Positions 10,087 through 19,494 of a stretch of DNA of 64,000 bases are shown here, piece by piece. The notes under the pieces are model-generated. The model ran no database searches. It was not told the origin of the DNA and worked only from the letters and a program-made list of their open reading frames with translations. The DNA comes from an uncultured Planctomycetales bacterium (GTDB lineage: Bacteria; Omnitrophota; Gorgyraeia; Gygaellales; Profunditerraquicolaceae): the NCBI GenBank assembly GCA_964645795.1, contig CAZYCL010000001.1:95194-159193 (forward strand), read 5' to 3'. Every line of letters starts with the position of its first letter. The first letter of the stretch is position 1. Both the position numbers and the translations under genes were made by a program.

Positions 10087-10920
10087 CTATCCTCCGCCAA
10101 TCAGACCCATCGCCAAGGTGGCGGCCGCGTTTGCCTGCGCTAATGCGGCAACACCAGACTGAACGATTATCTGTGAATTGGTAAGGTTGGTTGTTTCTGC
10201 CGCGATGTCGGCATCATAGATCCTGGAACGAGCTGCTTTAAGGTTAGTGCTGTAGGACTCCTGGGCTGCGGTTGAACGCATCCAACCACTTGCCTGGGCA
10301 CCTAATGCAGCTATTGTCGGACCAACGGTTACCCTTACCGCAGATTTTATCTGCAGGATAGCGCTGTCCGCGCGCTGGATGGTGGAAATTGCCAATCCGG
10401 TAAGAGCTAAACCGCTACCACCGGCGGTCATCGTCTGGATGGACATAGTGACTACATCGGCTGCGGAAGCACCGGTCTGGATGGTTACGCCGGCCAAACT
10501 TCCGTTCATTAATACCCTGCCGTTGTAGTTGGCATTGGTCGTCAACCTCTGAATTTCGCTGATCAACTCCTGAAATTCATAGTTGTATGTGTTTCTCTGA
10601 TCGGGGGTCATCAAACCATTCTTTGCCAGGTATGCCAACTCGTTCATCCTCTGCAAATCGTCCTGGACGACGCGCAGAAATGAATCGGCGGTATTCAAGG
10701 CATCGATGGCCATATACAGGTTATTGGTACCGACATCAGTACCAGTAATCTGGAACTGCATCTGCAGGGCCATTAGATAACCTGCCGGATCGTCGTATGC
10801 GTGATTGATTCTGGAACCAGAAGAGAGTTTCTCTAGAGCCGATGTCAACGCCCTCTGCGTATACGTGAGGTTCGTCTGGGCTACCAGAGACATCGTATTG
10901 GTGAGAATTCTAAAACCCAT
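10087..10920 (-). CDS. fliC: Flagellin; short form with D0/D1 domains only
   Basis: N-terminus MGFRILTNTMSLVAQTNL and C-terminus ...QANAAATLAMGLIGG are canonical flagellin. 277 aa with a Ser/Thr-rich middle. AAGGAGG ribosome-binding site. Confidence 0.9.
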   Translation of the reverse strand: MGFRILTNTMSLVAQTNLTYTQRALTSALEKLSSGSRINHAYDDPAGYLMALQMQFQITGTDVGTNNLYMAIDALNTADSFLRVVQDDLQRMNELAYLAKNGLMTPDQRNTYNYEFQELISEIQRLTTNANYNGRVLMNGSLAGVTIQTGASAADVVTMSIQTMTAGGSGLALTGLAISTIQRADSAILQIKSAVRVTVGPTIAALGAQASGWMRSTAAQESYSTNLKAARSRIYDADIAAETTNLTNSQIIVQSGVAALAQANAAATLAMGLIGGG

Positions 10921-11048
10921 TTTTTCCTCCTTGATTTTTTGTTACCAGCATCCTTGCATTCCAGCTTGCGCTTAATCTACTTCCGGGCCGGCAAGCCCTT
11001 TAGCCCTTGGTTTTGATGTCTATTTGCCCTAAACATCACCTCCTTTAC
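10921..11048 (-). promoter_or_regulatory. Flagellin 5'UTR with two candidate CsrA-binding GGA sites
   Basis: AAGGAGG occurs at 10921-10935 (overlapping the SD) and at 11034-11048. This mirrors the Bacillus hag BS1/BS2 arrangement downstream of csrA-fliW. Confidence 0.4.
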
Positions 11049-11071
11049 CATGTTTTTGGCTTCCATAAGGA

Positions 11072-11098
11072 TTATCGGCAAAAAACCATTAAACTTTA
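11072..11098 (-). promoter_or_regulatory. Sigma-28 (FliA) promoter of the flagellin gene
   Basis: The minus strand reads TAAAGTTT-N11-GCCGATAA, an exact match to the sigma-28 consensus. The -35 element overlaps the csrA stop codon. Confidence 0.65.
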
Positions 11099-11343
11099 GC
11101 CTTTTTTGCCGGTTTCTTCATCTGGGCTAACTTGCCCAAAATCACGCTTCTGTCCTCGGACTTGCGAGAAGCCAATAAGTTCTCTTTCAGGATTAAATCA
11201 TAAACCTCTTTCCTGTGGACACTTACGTCACGAGGCGCCACTATCCCCAGGCGCACCGCATTTTTCCTTACTTCCAGGACCTTGATCTCTATATCCTGGC
11301 CTATTTTTATGCTTTCTTCCTGCTTCCTGGTCAAAACCAACAT
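11089..11343 (-). CDS. csrA: Carbon storage regulator CsrA
   Basis: [15 protein letters not shown]...IKVLEV...[18 protein letters not shown] is the classical CsrA sequence. Confidence 0.9.
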   Translation of the reverse strand: MLVLTRKQEESIKIGQDIEIKVLEVRKNAVRLGIVAPRDVSVHRKEVYDLILKENLLASRKSEDRSVILGKLAQMKKPAKKAKV

Positions 11344-11369
11344 CTCGCCCTCCCTGGCTTAGCAAAAAA

Positions 11370-11825
11370 TCAAGTATTGTTCACAATCTTATGCTGAGCG
11401 GAGTAATCTTTCATGTTCCGGATTACTACCTGTTTAGCCTTTCCGGTTTTGATATTAATAATAATAGGTGCTGCCAGATTAATTGTAGTCTCGTTTATAT
11501 CCGCATCATTAAGGGCCACAAGAGATAATAAAAACAGGTCCTTGTCTTCAGGGGAGTCAATTGCCTTCAAATCGTCTTCTGAGACATCCGGCTTATAAGA
11601 CGGCAGCATTATCCAGGGGCTGACTACGATAAACTCTAAATTAAAGCCCCCAAGCGCGGACAGGTGCGCAAACGGCTGCTCTTGTTCGTTAAATAAGATG
11701 CAGTATTCTTTTATCTTTTCAAAGCCCGGGATCCCCTCCGCAAACGTAACTATCTGGCTGGCATTGAGATCCAACAGCTGGCACCCTTTTTTTTCCATCA
11801 TATCATTTAAAATCAAACTTGGCAT
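11370..11825 (-). CDS. fliW: Flagellar assembly factor FliW
   Basis: The F.EGIPGFE...Y.L......PF..L motif block is present. 151 aa, immediately upstream of csrA. Confidence 0.85.
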   Translation of the reverse strand: MPSLILNDMMEKKGCQLLDLNASQIVTFAEGIPGFEKIKEYCILFNEQEQPFAHLSALGGFNLEFIVVSPWIMLPSYKPDVSEDDLKAIDSPEDKDLFLLSLVALNDADINETTINLAAPIIINIKTGKAKQVVIRNMKDYSAQHKIVNNT

Positions 11826-11857
11826 AGCCTGCTCCTTATAGTATAAGTATACTTGAA

Positions 11858-12787
11858 TTAGGCAAGAAAATCAAATAAAGACACGGAAAAAAGCCGCGCG
11901 CCAACCTGTAAGGCGGACTGATAAGCAACCTGCTCATTGGACATGCCGGACATGGCTACAAAAGGATCCGCTTCTTCGATATCCGCCCTGACAAGATCTT
12001 TGTATAGGATCTCGCTATCCAGGCTATTGCGGACATTGTACACCTCTTTGGAGTTAACCGCCAATTGCCCGGCCAATCCTTGGAGATATGAGATATAGGA
12101 AGACAGGGTCCCTTGATCGTTAAGAATATTGGTGATATTACCCGCAAATAAATCCGTTCTTAACTGGATGAGGCCGTTGAAGATATCCACGCCCGCGGTA
12201 GCATCGACAAAAACTCCCGGGCTGCCTACCACAGCGGAGCTGCCGGCAAAATTCACATTGACCGACCTGCCGCTGGATATTTCCACAAGCCTTTGACCGG
12301 TATCGCCAAAATAGTTAACCGCATTGATATAGCCTCCCAGGTACGCTGCGACAAAAGGCATGGTCCCGGTCTGGAAACCGGCAAACATATATTTGTTATT
12401 GATCGTATTGTTACCGGCGGAAACAAGGTTGGTGAGTATCTCTTCTACTTCCAGTGCCCCGGCATCCATGGCGCTCTGGGAAATGACGCTATTGCTGCAG
12501 CTGACGGCAATCTCCTTAACCCTCAACAGCGAATCCAAGACGTTATCGATAGTATTGCTGGCGGCATTGATCTCATCCAGGGCGCTGTCGATATTGGACT
12601 GATACTGCTTGGACCTGCTGATAGACCCCCGCAGCCAGAAGACCCTGGAAAGCCCTACCGGATCATCGGAAGGCACGTTGATCCTTAAGCCGGTTGCGGT
12701 CTGCTTCTGATAAGTAGAAAGCCTCTCGTAGCTGTCTTGTATGGCTTTTAAGATAGTCCGCTGGGTAATGGTGTCAGTAAGGCGCAT
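11858..12787 (-). CDS. flgL: Flagellar hook-associated protein 3 FlgL
   Basis: Flagellin-like N-terminus (RLTDTITQRTIL...GLRINVPSDDP). Located downstream of flgK. Confidence 0.8.
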   Translation of the reverse strand: MRLTDTITQRTILKAIQDSYERLSTYQKQTATGLRINVPSDDPVGLSRVFWLRGSISRSKQYQSNIDSALDEINAASNTIDNVLDSLLRVKEIAVSCSNSVISQSAMDAGALEVEEILTNLVSAGNNTINNKYMFAGFQTGTMPFVAAYLGGYINAVNYFGDTGQRLVEISSGRSVNVNFAGSSAVVGSPGVFVDATAGVDIFNGLIQLRTDLFAGNITNILNDQGTLSSYISYLQGLAGQLAVNSKEVYNVRNSLDSEILYKDLVRADIEEADPFVAMSGMSNEQVAYQSALQVGARLFSVSLFDFLA

Positions 12788-12789
12788 AT

Positions 12790-14220
12790 TTAACCCACAA
12801 GGTTAATAATTATCTCAAGCATCTCGTCGTAAGCGGTAATGATCTTTGCCGCTGCCTGATATGATTTTTCATACTCGAGCAGGTATGTCCCTTCCTCATC
12901 CAGAGAAACAGCTGAGGCGCTGTCCCTTAAGTTTTGCACTTCCGTAAGCAGGTTTTGGGTATAATTCATCCTGGTCTCGGTGTCTGCGGTATTGGCTCCC
13001 AGGTGGCTTACCAACTGCGTAAAGAAATCCGAAAAGGTATAACCGCCTAAGCCGGCGATGCCTGCATCCACGATTTGCGCTATTGCCAGGGCATTCAAAC
13101 CGTCTCCCGGCACGCCAGCGGCATTTGAAGCAGCGGCAAGCAAGCCCGGGCCGGTAATAGGGTTAAGAAACGCCGCGTTAACCTGCATATTAAGGGCAGG
13201 CTCGGCAGGGACCACGGGATCAAAGAAGTTGCCGCCTGCGGCTCCCGCCAGATCAAAACCCAGCGCGTGCTGTGTATTAATAGTGTTAATAAACTCGGTA
13301 GCGAAGTTATCCAGCTGCTGCTTATAATAAAGGATGCCGGTAGAAGCTGAGTCTCTTAAATTAAGCAGGCCCCTTAATTCTCCATCGTTAATAGTGGCAT
13401 CCGGACCTAAGGGCGCATCGGAAAACCTTATGTCCACGTAATTATAATTGGCGGGATCCTGCACGCCCACCAGCGTAAGGTAATAATTATCCTGGACGAC
13501 TACCCTTCCTCCGATATAAACCTGAATGGAATTATTGGTCCCTTCAGAGACCGTGATATCCACATAGTTACTTAAATCGTTCAAGGCCTGGTCGCGCTGA
13601 TCAAGCAGGTCGTTAGGCATATCGCCTGTTCCGCTCGCCTCCCGGATAAGCACGTTTAAATCGCGCAAATGCTGCAACAGGGTATTTACCTTGGTGATAT
13701 CCTGCTGTATGTATCTATCGGTATCGTTGCGGGCATTCATCAATGTCTGGGAGAGGGCATTTATCTCCTGGGAGAGCGATACGCCCGCCTGGACAGCTAC
13801 CTGCCGCACAGTTATGCTTTCAGGTGTATTGGAAACGCTCTGGAAGGCATTGAAAAAATCGGTTATTTTATCAAAGATGCCTTCTCTTAATCCGGCTATG
13901 GAATCTATCTGCTGCAGAAACTGTGCTGACATGCTGTAGTTGCCCTGGGTGGAAACCAGGTTGCGTATGTTATACTCAAGCGCCTTATCGTAATTGCGGT
14001 AAATAGAAATAACGTCTACGCCGGTCCCTACCTGATACGGCCCTATCTCCTTGACAAAAGAAGGAGCTGCAAAAGGATCGGAGGCGGACATCACCGGTGA
14101 CTGGCGGTGAAAACCCGGGGTATTGACATTGGCCACGTTATGGCCGACAACGTCTATGGCCCTGCGAAACGCAGAAAGCGCCCTTCTGCCTAATTCAAGG
14201 CCGAAAAAGGTAGAAAGCAT
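12790..14220 (-). CDS. flgK: Flagellar hook-associated protein 1 FlgK
   Basis: N-terminus MLSTFFGLELGRRALSAFRRAIDVVGHNVANVNTPGF. 476 aa. Confidence 0.9.
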   Translation of the reverse strand: MLSTFFGLELGRRALSAFRRAIDVVGHNVANVNTPGFHRQSPVMSASDPFAAPSFVKEIGPYQVGTGVDVISIYRNYDKALEYNIRNLVSTQGNYSMSAQFLQQIDSIAGLREGIFDKITDFFNAFQSVSNTPESITVRQVAVQAGVSLSQEINALSQTLMNARNDTDRYIQQDITKVNTLLQHLRDLNVLIREASGTGDMPNDLLDQRDQALNDLSNYVDITVSEGTNNSIQVYIGGRVVVQDNYYLTLVGVQDPANYNYVDIRFSDAPLGPDATINDGELRGLLNLRDSASTGILYYKQQLDNFATEFINTINTQHALGFDLAGAAGGNFFDPVVPAEPALNMQVNAAFLNPITGPGLLAAASNAAGVPGDGLNALAIAQIVDAGIAGLGGYTFSDFFTQLVSHLGANTADTETRMNYTQNLLTEVQNLRDSASAVSLDEEGTYLLEYEKSYQAAAKIITAYDEMLEIIINLVG

Positions 14221-14549
14221 TATTTAAGCTCCTCGTATATATCTATTTTTCCCTTTAAGATGGTGGCCGCAACGTCTTCGCTGCTTACTTTATACTGGCC
14301 GGACGAGACCTTTTCCTTGATTTCATTGACTTTTTCTTCCCGGACCTTATCAAACTCTTCACGAACTTCCATCTGCAATCTCTTGACTAAAGCCTCCTGT
14401 GAGATAGAAACGTAGTCCCCTTCGCTTCCAGCCCTTTCTGAGGCTCCAGGCTCAGAAGAAGGCTGGGAAGCAGGAGACGATTTTTCTGCTTTATTCGTTT
14501 TTTTGGTAAATCCTAAGAAATTTAACGGATTGAGTCTATTTATGTCCAT
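14220..14549 (-). CDS. flgM: Anti-sigma-28 factor FlgM
   Basis: The C-terminal VREEKVNEIKEKVSSGQYKVSSEDVAATIL matches the FlgM family. ATG at 14547-14549 with GGAGG 8 nt upstream. The track ORF begins at an upstream GTG. Confidence 0.7.
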   Translation of the reverse strand: MDINRLNPLNFLGFTKKTNKAEKSSPASQPSSEPGASERAGSEGDYVSISQEALVKRLQMEVREEFDKVREEKVNEIKEKVSSGQYKVSSEDVAATILKGKIDIYEELK

Positions 14550-14569
14550 TTCCTTTGCCTCCACTAAGA

Positions 14570-14596
14570 TTATCGGCTTTGCTCAGGAAAACTTTA
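14570..14596 (-). promoter_or_regulatory. Sigma-28 promoter of flgM-flgK-flgL
   Basis: Exact TAAAGTTT-N11-GCCGATAA on the minus strand, about 20 nt upstream of the flgM ATG. Confidence 0.6.
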
Positions 14597-14705
14597 ATAT
14601 TTTTCCTTATCCTAACATTCTGGGCAACAAATAGATATATGAATATCTAATTAAACTTTCAGGCATGACTAGGAATTACAGAATTCTTAAACTTTGCCTT
14701 TGAGC

Positions 14706-15878
14706 TTATCTTCTTATTAAACTAAGGTATTGCTGACCCCGGCCAAAAGCCTGGGCTAAAAACGCTGCCCTGGATATCTTATCCTCACTCAACTCATTGT
14801 CTGTCAAAAGGTTAAGTGATTGGACAATAGCCTGACTTACTCTTTCATCCATATCTTTTACTAACTCTCTGATTTCCTTAACCGTTCGGATTACTGATGT
14901 TAAATTAACAAATTCCTTTTTGGCCAGCTTATTCTCAATTATCTTAACCAGCTTAAGGAAATCCCCGATCTTCTTATAAAGCTTCCTATTAACCAGGGGG
15001 TCCCTCTGGCTCTCAGCCATATTCCATAACAGTAAAAGATGATGTTTGCGCCTGAACTGGTCGATGACATTTTTATTGGCGTCAAAACCTGTGTCCTTAT
15101 ACCAGGCGTAATCAGTAAACATTGCCGGCGAACTCCCAAGGAAGATAAATTCTTTTTTAAAAGCATTGATGCATTCCTCTATGCTCAAATTGCCATAGAT
15201 CGCCGGATTGAGGAAGTTATCCGCCACCCAATCCTCAACTGGCCGCGAAGCATGCTTCAGGCTTTTCAGATGACTCCCAAAAGCCCTTGATAGCACAGCT
15301 ACCTTCTCCTTAAAGTCGTTTGTTTTCTTCTTGAAAAGCAGGATGTGCCCCAGGAGCCGTTTCAGTATTTCGAAAAATAAACTCATATTATCGCTGCAGG
15401 TAACTACGAGTACCCCTTTGCGGCTGACTAGATTCGTTAACTTCTTGCTGATAATTTTTTGGGCCTCCTTGCCTAAGCCGTGCAAAAAGCCTTCGGCAAT
15501 AACTAAATCATACCCCTGCTCAAGGTTAAAATCCTCGATTTTCCCCGGGAAAAGCTTCCAACGGTTTTTTTCTATCTTGTGCCTTCGCAATAAAATCAGC
15601 AATTCCTTCTGTGCGGCTGGGTTGGGCTCAACAAAATCTACATCAGCGCCCCAAAAAAAGAAAGCCAGGGCATTATATCCGCCTCCCGGCCCCACTTCTA
15701 GGATGGTCTTATTCTTGAAGAATGCGGGTGCAATACCTAAAAGTCGATAAAGCCTTTGCCTGCGCTCAATGTGCCGCTTGAAGTTCCGGATATCCTGATG
15801 CACAGGCGATATTTTATGTCTGCCGTAAAAAAGTAAAAAGGGATTATCTTTTTTCATTCCTGCCGGGGATTTGCGCAT
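14706..15878 (-). CDS. Class I SAM-dependent methyltransferase
   Basis: ILEVGPGGGYNALAFFFWGADVDFVEP is a Rossmann motif I (GxGxG) followed by an acidic loop. Confidence 0.7.
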   Translation of the reverse strand: MRKSPAGMKKDNPFLLFYGRHKISPVHQDIRNFKRHIERRQRLYRLLGIAPAFFKNKTILEVGPGGGYNALAFFFWGADVDFVEPNPAAQKELLILLRRHKIEKNRWKLFPGKIEDFNLEQGYDLVIAEGFLHGLGKEAQKIISKKLTNLVSRKGVLVVTCSDNMSLFFEILKRLLGHILLFKKKTNDFKEKVAVLSRAFGSHLKSLKHASRPVEDWVADNFLNPAIYGNLSIEECINAFKKEFIFLGSSPAMFTDYAWYKDTGFDANKNVIDQFRRKHHLLLLWNMAESQRDPLVNRKLYKKIGDFLKLVKIIENKLAKKEFVNLTSVIRTVKEIRELVKDMDERVSQAIVQSLNLLTDNELSEDKISRAAFLAQAFGRGQQYLSLIRR

Positions 15879-16528
15879 AAGGCAATAAGATAGTGCGACA
15901 TGGCGAAGAAACCTGAATGCAGTACTTCGTCGTTCATGCCGAATATAAACACGTTTTTGAAGTATCTTCTCAAGTCGTTCTTTAATTCGGTTCCTGTCTT
16001 AGGATTCACATGCCCCTTTTTACTCCAATAAGAAGCATACCTTTGGCTTTCTTTGCTTGGAGTACCGATAATACAGATACCTGTTTTCTTTAGTGATTTG
16101 CTTATATTGAGCAAAAACATCGCCTCCTTGCTTTTAGGGATATGCTCCAGGACATCCAGGGAATAAGCTGCGTCATGAAGGGGGCGTACTGGCTTCTTAG
16201 TTAAATCCGCAACCTTAAAGACTACGTTATAATCTTTGCGTTTTACTTGGCAATCCTCAATAAAAACCGGATCAAAATCAACTGCCACAACCTTACCTGC
16301 TTCCTTCGCCACCAGCTCCGCTCCCACCCCGTCTCCGCAGCCGACCTCAAGGACGGTTTTGCATCCCGAGAGCATCTTAGCCACAAACTTATACCGAGCT
16401 AACATAAATAAGAGCCGTTTTGGGTCGGATCTCCAAAAATGGCTGGTATGCATGCCTAACTCAACTGCACCGATTTTTTCATATTCTTTTACTATCTGAT
16501 TGTACTGTTGCTCTTTGGTCGTCCTCAT
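15854..16528 (-). CDS. Class I SAM-dependent methyltransferase
   Basis: VLEVGCGDGVGAELVAKEAGKVVAVDFD motif. Start moved to the internal Met (MRTTKEQQY) to remove the 107-nt overlap with the upstream gene. Confidence 0.7.
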   Translation of the reverse strand: MRTTKEQQYNQIVKEYEKIGAVELGMHTSHFWRSDPKRLLFMLARYKFVAKMLSGCKTVLEVGCGDGVGAELVAKEAGKVVAVDFDPVFIEDCQVKRKDYNVVFKVADLTKKPVRPLHDAAYSLDVLEHIPKSKEAMFLLNISKSLKKTGICIIGTPSKESQRYASYWSKKGHVNPKTGTELKNDLRRYFKNVFIFGMNDEVLHSGFFAMSHYLIALCANPRQE

Positions 16529-16538
16529 AATTGCTCCT

Positions 16539-17621
16539 TTAATTAGGGATAGCGTACCAAACCGTATCCCAGAATGTTTTAGAGTAATGGGCGAGATGAT
16601 AAGTATAACCCTTAAGCATTTTCGACAAAAACAACGGAATAGCAAACATATCTTGCTTGCGATGATAAATGCTTACCGCCAGAGATGGCCGATGGGTACG
16701 GATGACAACCAGCCCTCCCTTCAACACATCCATTTCTGATCCCTCCACATCCAGTTTAATAAAATCGAGCTTTTCTATTCTTTTTTCCCTGACAAAATCA
16801 TCTATAGTAACCGTTTTTAACTTCTCGGCCCCTTTCCTGCCAAAAACTATACCTGAGCCCTCAGGATTATCCCGGCTATTCCAGAACGGTATCAGGCCGC
16901 CCTTGCTCCAGAGAAGATGAGGGTATATTTTTATATTCTTCTTATTTTTAAGATCCTTCTTGAAGGAAGATTGAATATTCTTATAGAGTGGGTCGAAACC
17001 GTAAATAAAACCTTTTGCGCCGGTCTTGCGAGAGAAATTAAGGGTATCTTTGCCGTTAAAGACCCCTCCCTCTATAACGGTGTGGATCTTACCCCAGGGC
17101 AGAAAATCCAGGTACTGCGAACTCTGCATCCTTTGCGATTTCACTCTGTTGTAAAGCTTAACCAAGCCCTCCGGATTCCGCATCCTGGCCCCTATCAACA
17201 ACCGATACAGATACCTCTCTCTTTTGTCTTCCAATAATTGCTCGGTATTTTTAAAAAACACGGAATATTTTCTTGCTTCGTCTGCATTAAAAATAAGGTA
17301 ATCGTAATAAAGCAGGGGGTTGACGATAAAATAATTTCTGATCCCTAAATCATCCAATCGCTCTTTAATCATCGGCCAGAATGCAGAAGTTACAAGGAGA
17401 CAATCGAGTTTTTTCATGTTGAGTGAGTCAATAGGATTTACTATCCTGAGCCCGCTTCTTACTCCGGTCTTATGGTCGTCGACAAAACAGGCGATAGCCA
17501 CGTCCCTGCGCCTGACCTCAAGCATCCCCTTGAAGCGCGCGCCACCGTCGCCGGCCCCATAAAGCCCGACCCGGCAGCCAATCGGTATCTGCTCAAACCT
17601 ATTGATAAACTTAGCTTTCAT
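16539..17621 (-). CDS. FkbM-family methyltransferase
   Basis: GFDPLYKNIQ...FIKLDVEGSEMDVLKGG is the FkbM-domain signature. Confidence 0.75.
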   Translation of the reverse strand: MKAKFINRFEQIPIGCRVGLYGAGDGGARFKGMLEVRRRDVAIACFVDDHKTGVRSGLRIVNPIDSLNMKKLDCLLVTSAFWPMIKERLDDLGIRNYFIVNPLLYYDYLIFNADEARKYSVFFKNTEQLLEDKRERYLYRLLIGARMRNPEGLVKLYNRVKSQRMQSSQYLDFLPWGKIHTVIEGGVFNGKDTLNFSRKTGAKGFIYGFDPLYKNIQSSFKKDLKNKKNIKIYPHLLWSKGGLIPFWNSRDNPEGSGIVFGRKGAEKLKTVTIDDFVREKRIEKLDFIKLDVEGSEMDVLKGGLVVIRTHRPSLAVSIYHRKQDMFAIPLFLSKMLKGYTYHLAHYSKTFWDTVWYAIPN

Positions 17622-18426
17622 CTAACGGGCCTAATATTTTGCTGATTTTCCCAACGTTAAGCGATGAGTTAAGCGCTCTTTTCTCCTCGCAGGGAAGGCT
17701 TAAAAAATCGATTTTTTCAATAAGGCGCTTATCGAGGCGATTTTCCTCTGCCACCCACAGCGCAAAATCATACCTGCTCATCGTCTTCGGGCAAGCGAGA
17801 TGGTATAAACCTGCGATATTCTTTTTAAGTGCCGCGTAAATCCAACCGCTTAAATCAATGACGTCTGTAGGGTTGAAAATCCGGTTGAACGCTGCTTTGA
17901 CGGGACGCTTATCCTTCAAATTTGAATATACATCTGAATATATGCTCTTTTCCTCAAGATTGCGGGAGTATGTCTGGCTCAGGCGCAAGATAAGATAATC
18001 CCTGATGTTGCCCTCGATAAATTGCTCGGTTTCGCGTTTCAGCTTTCCGTAAAGATTAACCGGGGCCGGCGGGTCAGTCTCCGAATAATTGCCCTTAGCG
18101 CCATCAAAGACCTGATCGGATGAAAGAAATACCACCTTGATCTTTCTGGAGGCCAAATAGGAAATGAATTCCGACGTCTTTTCGACATTTATGCGTCGGG
18201 CAAGCTCCCGGTCTTTAAGACAATCATCGATCTTGACGACAGCCGCAGCGACCACTACCCAATCGCAGGGATCAAACAAAGAGAAATCCCCGCTTAAAAG
18301 ATCGAAGTTTACCAGGCCGTTTTTCTTATGGGAAAGGCAGGTGCCGATTACTTTCTCTTTCCGGGAGAGAAAATTGAAAAGATTGTAACCAATAAGGCCG
18401 GATGCCCCCGCGATTCCTATCGTCAT
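17611..18426 (-). CDS. NAD(P)-dependent sugar reductase, dTDP-4-dehydrorhamnose reductase (RmlD)-like
   Basis: Glycine-rich N-terminus IGIAGASGLIGYNL. The C-terminal substrate-binding region is RmlD-like. Confidence 0.65.
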   Translation of the reverse strand: MTIGIAGASGLIGYNLFNFLSRKEKVIGTCLSHKKNGLVNFDLLSGDFSLFDPCDWVVVAAAVVKIDDCLKDRELARRINVEKTSEFISYLASRKIKVVFLSSDQVFDGAKGNYSETDPPAPVNLYGKLKRETEQFIEGNIRDYLILRLSQTYSRNLEEKSIYSDVYSNLKDKRPVKAAFNRIFNPTDVIDLSGWIYAALKKNIAGLYHLACPKTMSRYDFALWVAEENRLDKRLIEKIDFLSLPCEEKRALNSSLNVGKISKILGPLDES

Positions 18427-19493
18427 ACGAATTCAAGATGACCGCTGTCCGATTCCAGATATTCTAAAATCAGCTTATTCTTGTTATTGGCCACACAGTG
18501 ATGATTGCAGACCAATGAAGGGTTGATCTTAAAGAATTTGTTTTTGTCCGAATACCAAAATTCTTTAAAGCGCCGGTCTTTGATCGAACCTATAAGCCCC
18601 TGCTGTAGGTTATAGGCCTTATCCTGACAGGGATATATATTCATATCCGCCCCGATAACCGGAAGGACCTGAAGATAGGGGCACCAGGCATAATCTTTCT
18701 TGAATTTATCATCCAGCTCATGGTAGGCATCAAAAATCTCGAAACCTTCGCCGGTAAAATCGTTTATCGCACGGCAAACCTGCTCTTTAACAAGGGCGAA
18801 TACCGGCTTATGGTAATCGTTATTCTCTTTACCGTTATTGCTGACAATACAAGGAGAGACCTTGACACTGTCCACTTTCATGCCCTTAAGCCGGGATATA
18901 AAATCGTAGATATGGACAGCGTTCTCCCGGCCCACGATAAAGCTTATTCCCAGATAGCACTTGCCGTTGTGCTTCTTGAACTCTTCGATGTTCTTCATTA
19001 CTTTGCCAAACTCCCCTTTTGCTACCTTGCGATAACTCGAATAGCTCTCCTCATCCCATCCGTCGATGGAGATCCTAAGCCAGGTAGCGTTTTTTGCAAA
19101 AAAATTGGCGATTTCGCCGGTCAACAGCGCCCCGTTGGTAAGGCTGGCGAACTTTATGCCGCCACGCGCCAGATTCTTGACTGCTTCCAGTAAATAGGGA
19201 TAGCAGAAAGGCTCCCCCCCTCCGCTGAAAGTAACTGCCCTGACCTTCATCTCAACAAGATCATCGATGATCTCGAGCATCTTTTCTCTGGGGATAAAAT
19301 CGCGCGTCACCATGTCTTTACCCAGCTGCAGGTTATCTACGCGATAGGCGCAGTAATGGCAGTTGTGGTTACAGACATTGGTAGGCTTGATACGGATATG
19401 TATAGGCGCCAGGATCGCGGGATTCTCCTTGGGCAGCGAATCCAGCTTATCCTTGAAGTGGAAGACCTTGGTCTTTGTGTAGAGGTGCCCCAT
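18423..19493 (-). CDS. Radical SAM enzyme with a SPASM/twitch-like C-terminus
   Basis: CNHNCHYCAY (CxxxCxxC). C-terminal Cys clusters (C..GADMNIYPC, CNHHC). Start set at ATG 19491-19493 (MGHLYTK), 1 nt after the upstream stop. The Arg/Ser-rich 102-aa extension in the track is an overlap artefact. Confidence 0.8.
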   Translation of the reverse strand: MGHLYTKTKVFHFKDKLDSLPKENPAILAPIHIRIKPTNVCNHNCHYCAYRVDNLQLGKDMVTRDFIPREKMLEIIDDLVEMKVRAVTFSGGGEPFCYPYLLEAVKNLARGGIKFASLTNGALLTGEIANFFAKNATWLRISIDGWDEESYSSYRKVAKGEFGKVMKNIEEFKKHNGKCYLGISFIVGRENAVHIYDFISRLKGMKVDSVKVSPCIVSNNGKENNDYHKPVFALVKEQVCRAINDFTGEGFEIFDAYHELDDKFKKDYAWCPYLQVLPVIGADMNIYPCQDKAYNLQQGLIGSIKDRRFKEFWYSDKNKFFKINPSLVCNHHCVANNKNKLILEYLESDSGHLEFV

Positions 19494-19494
19494 T

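Noticed and set aside
16529-16645. Long starts for the 15854-16645, 42602-43429, 60511-60771, 60782-62074, 39181-40356 and 40338-41006 ORFs
   Set aside because: Internal Met/GTG starts with good RBSs remove the overlaps and give canonical N-termini (signal peptides for FlgH/FlgI, MLRSMF for FlgE, MIKVKQ for FlbD).
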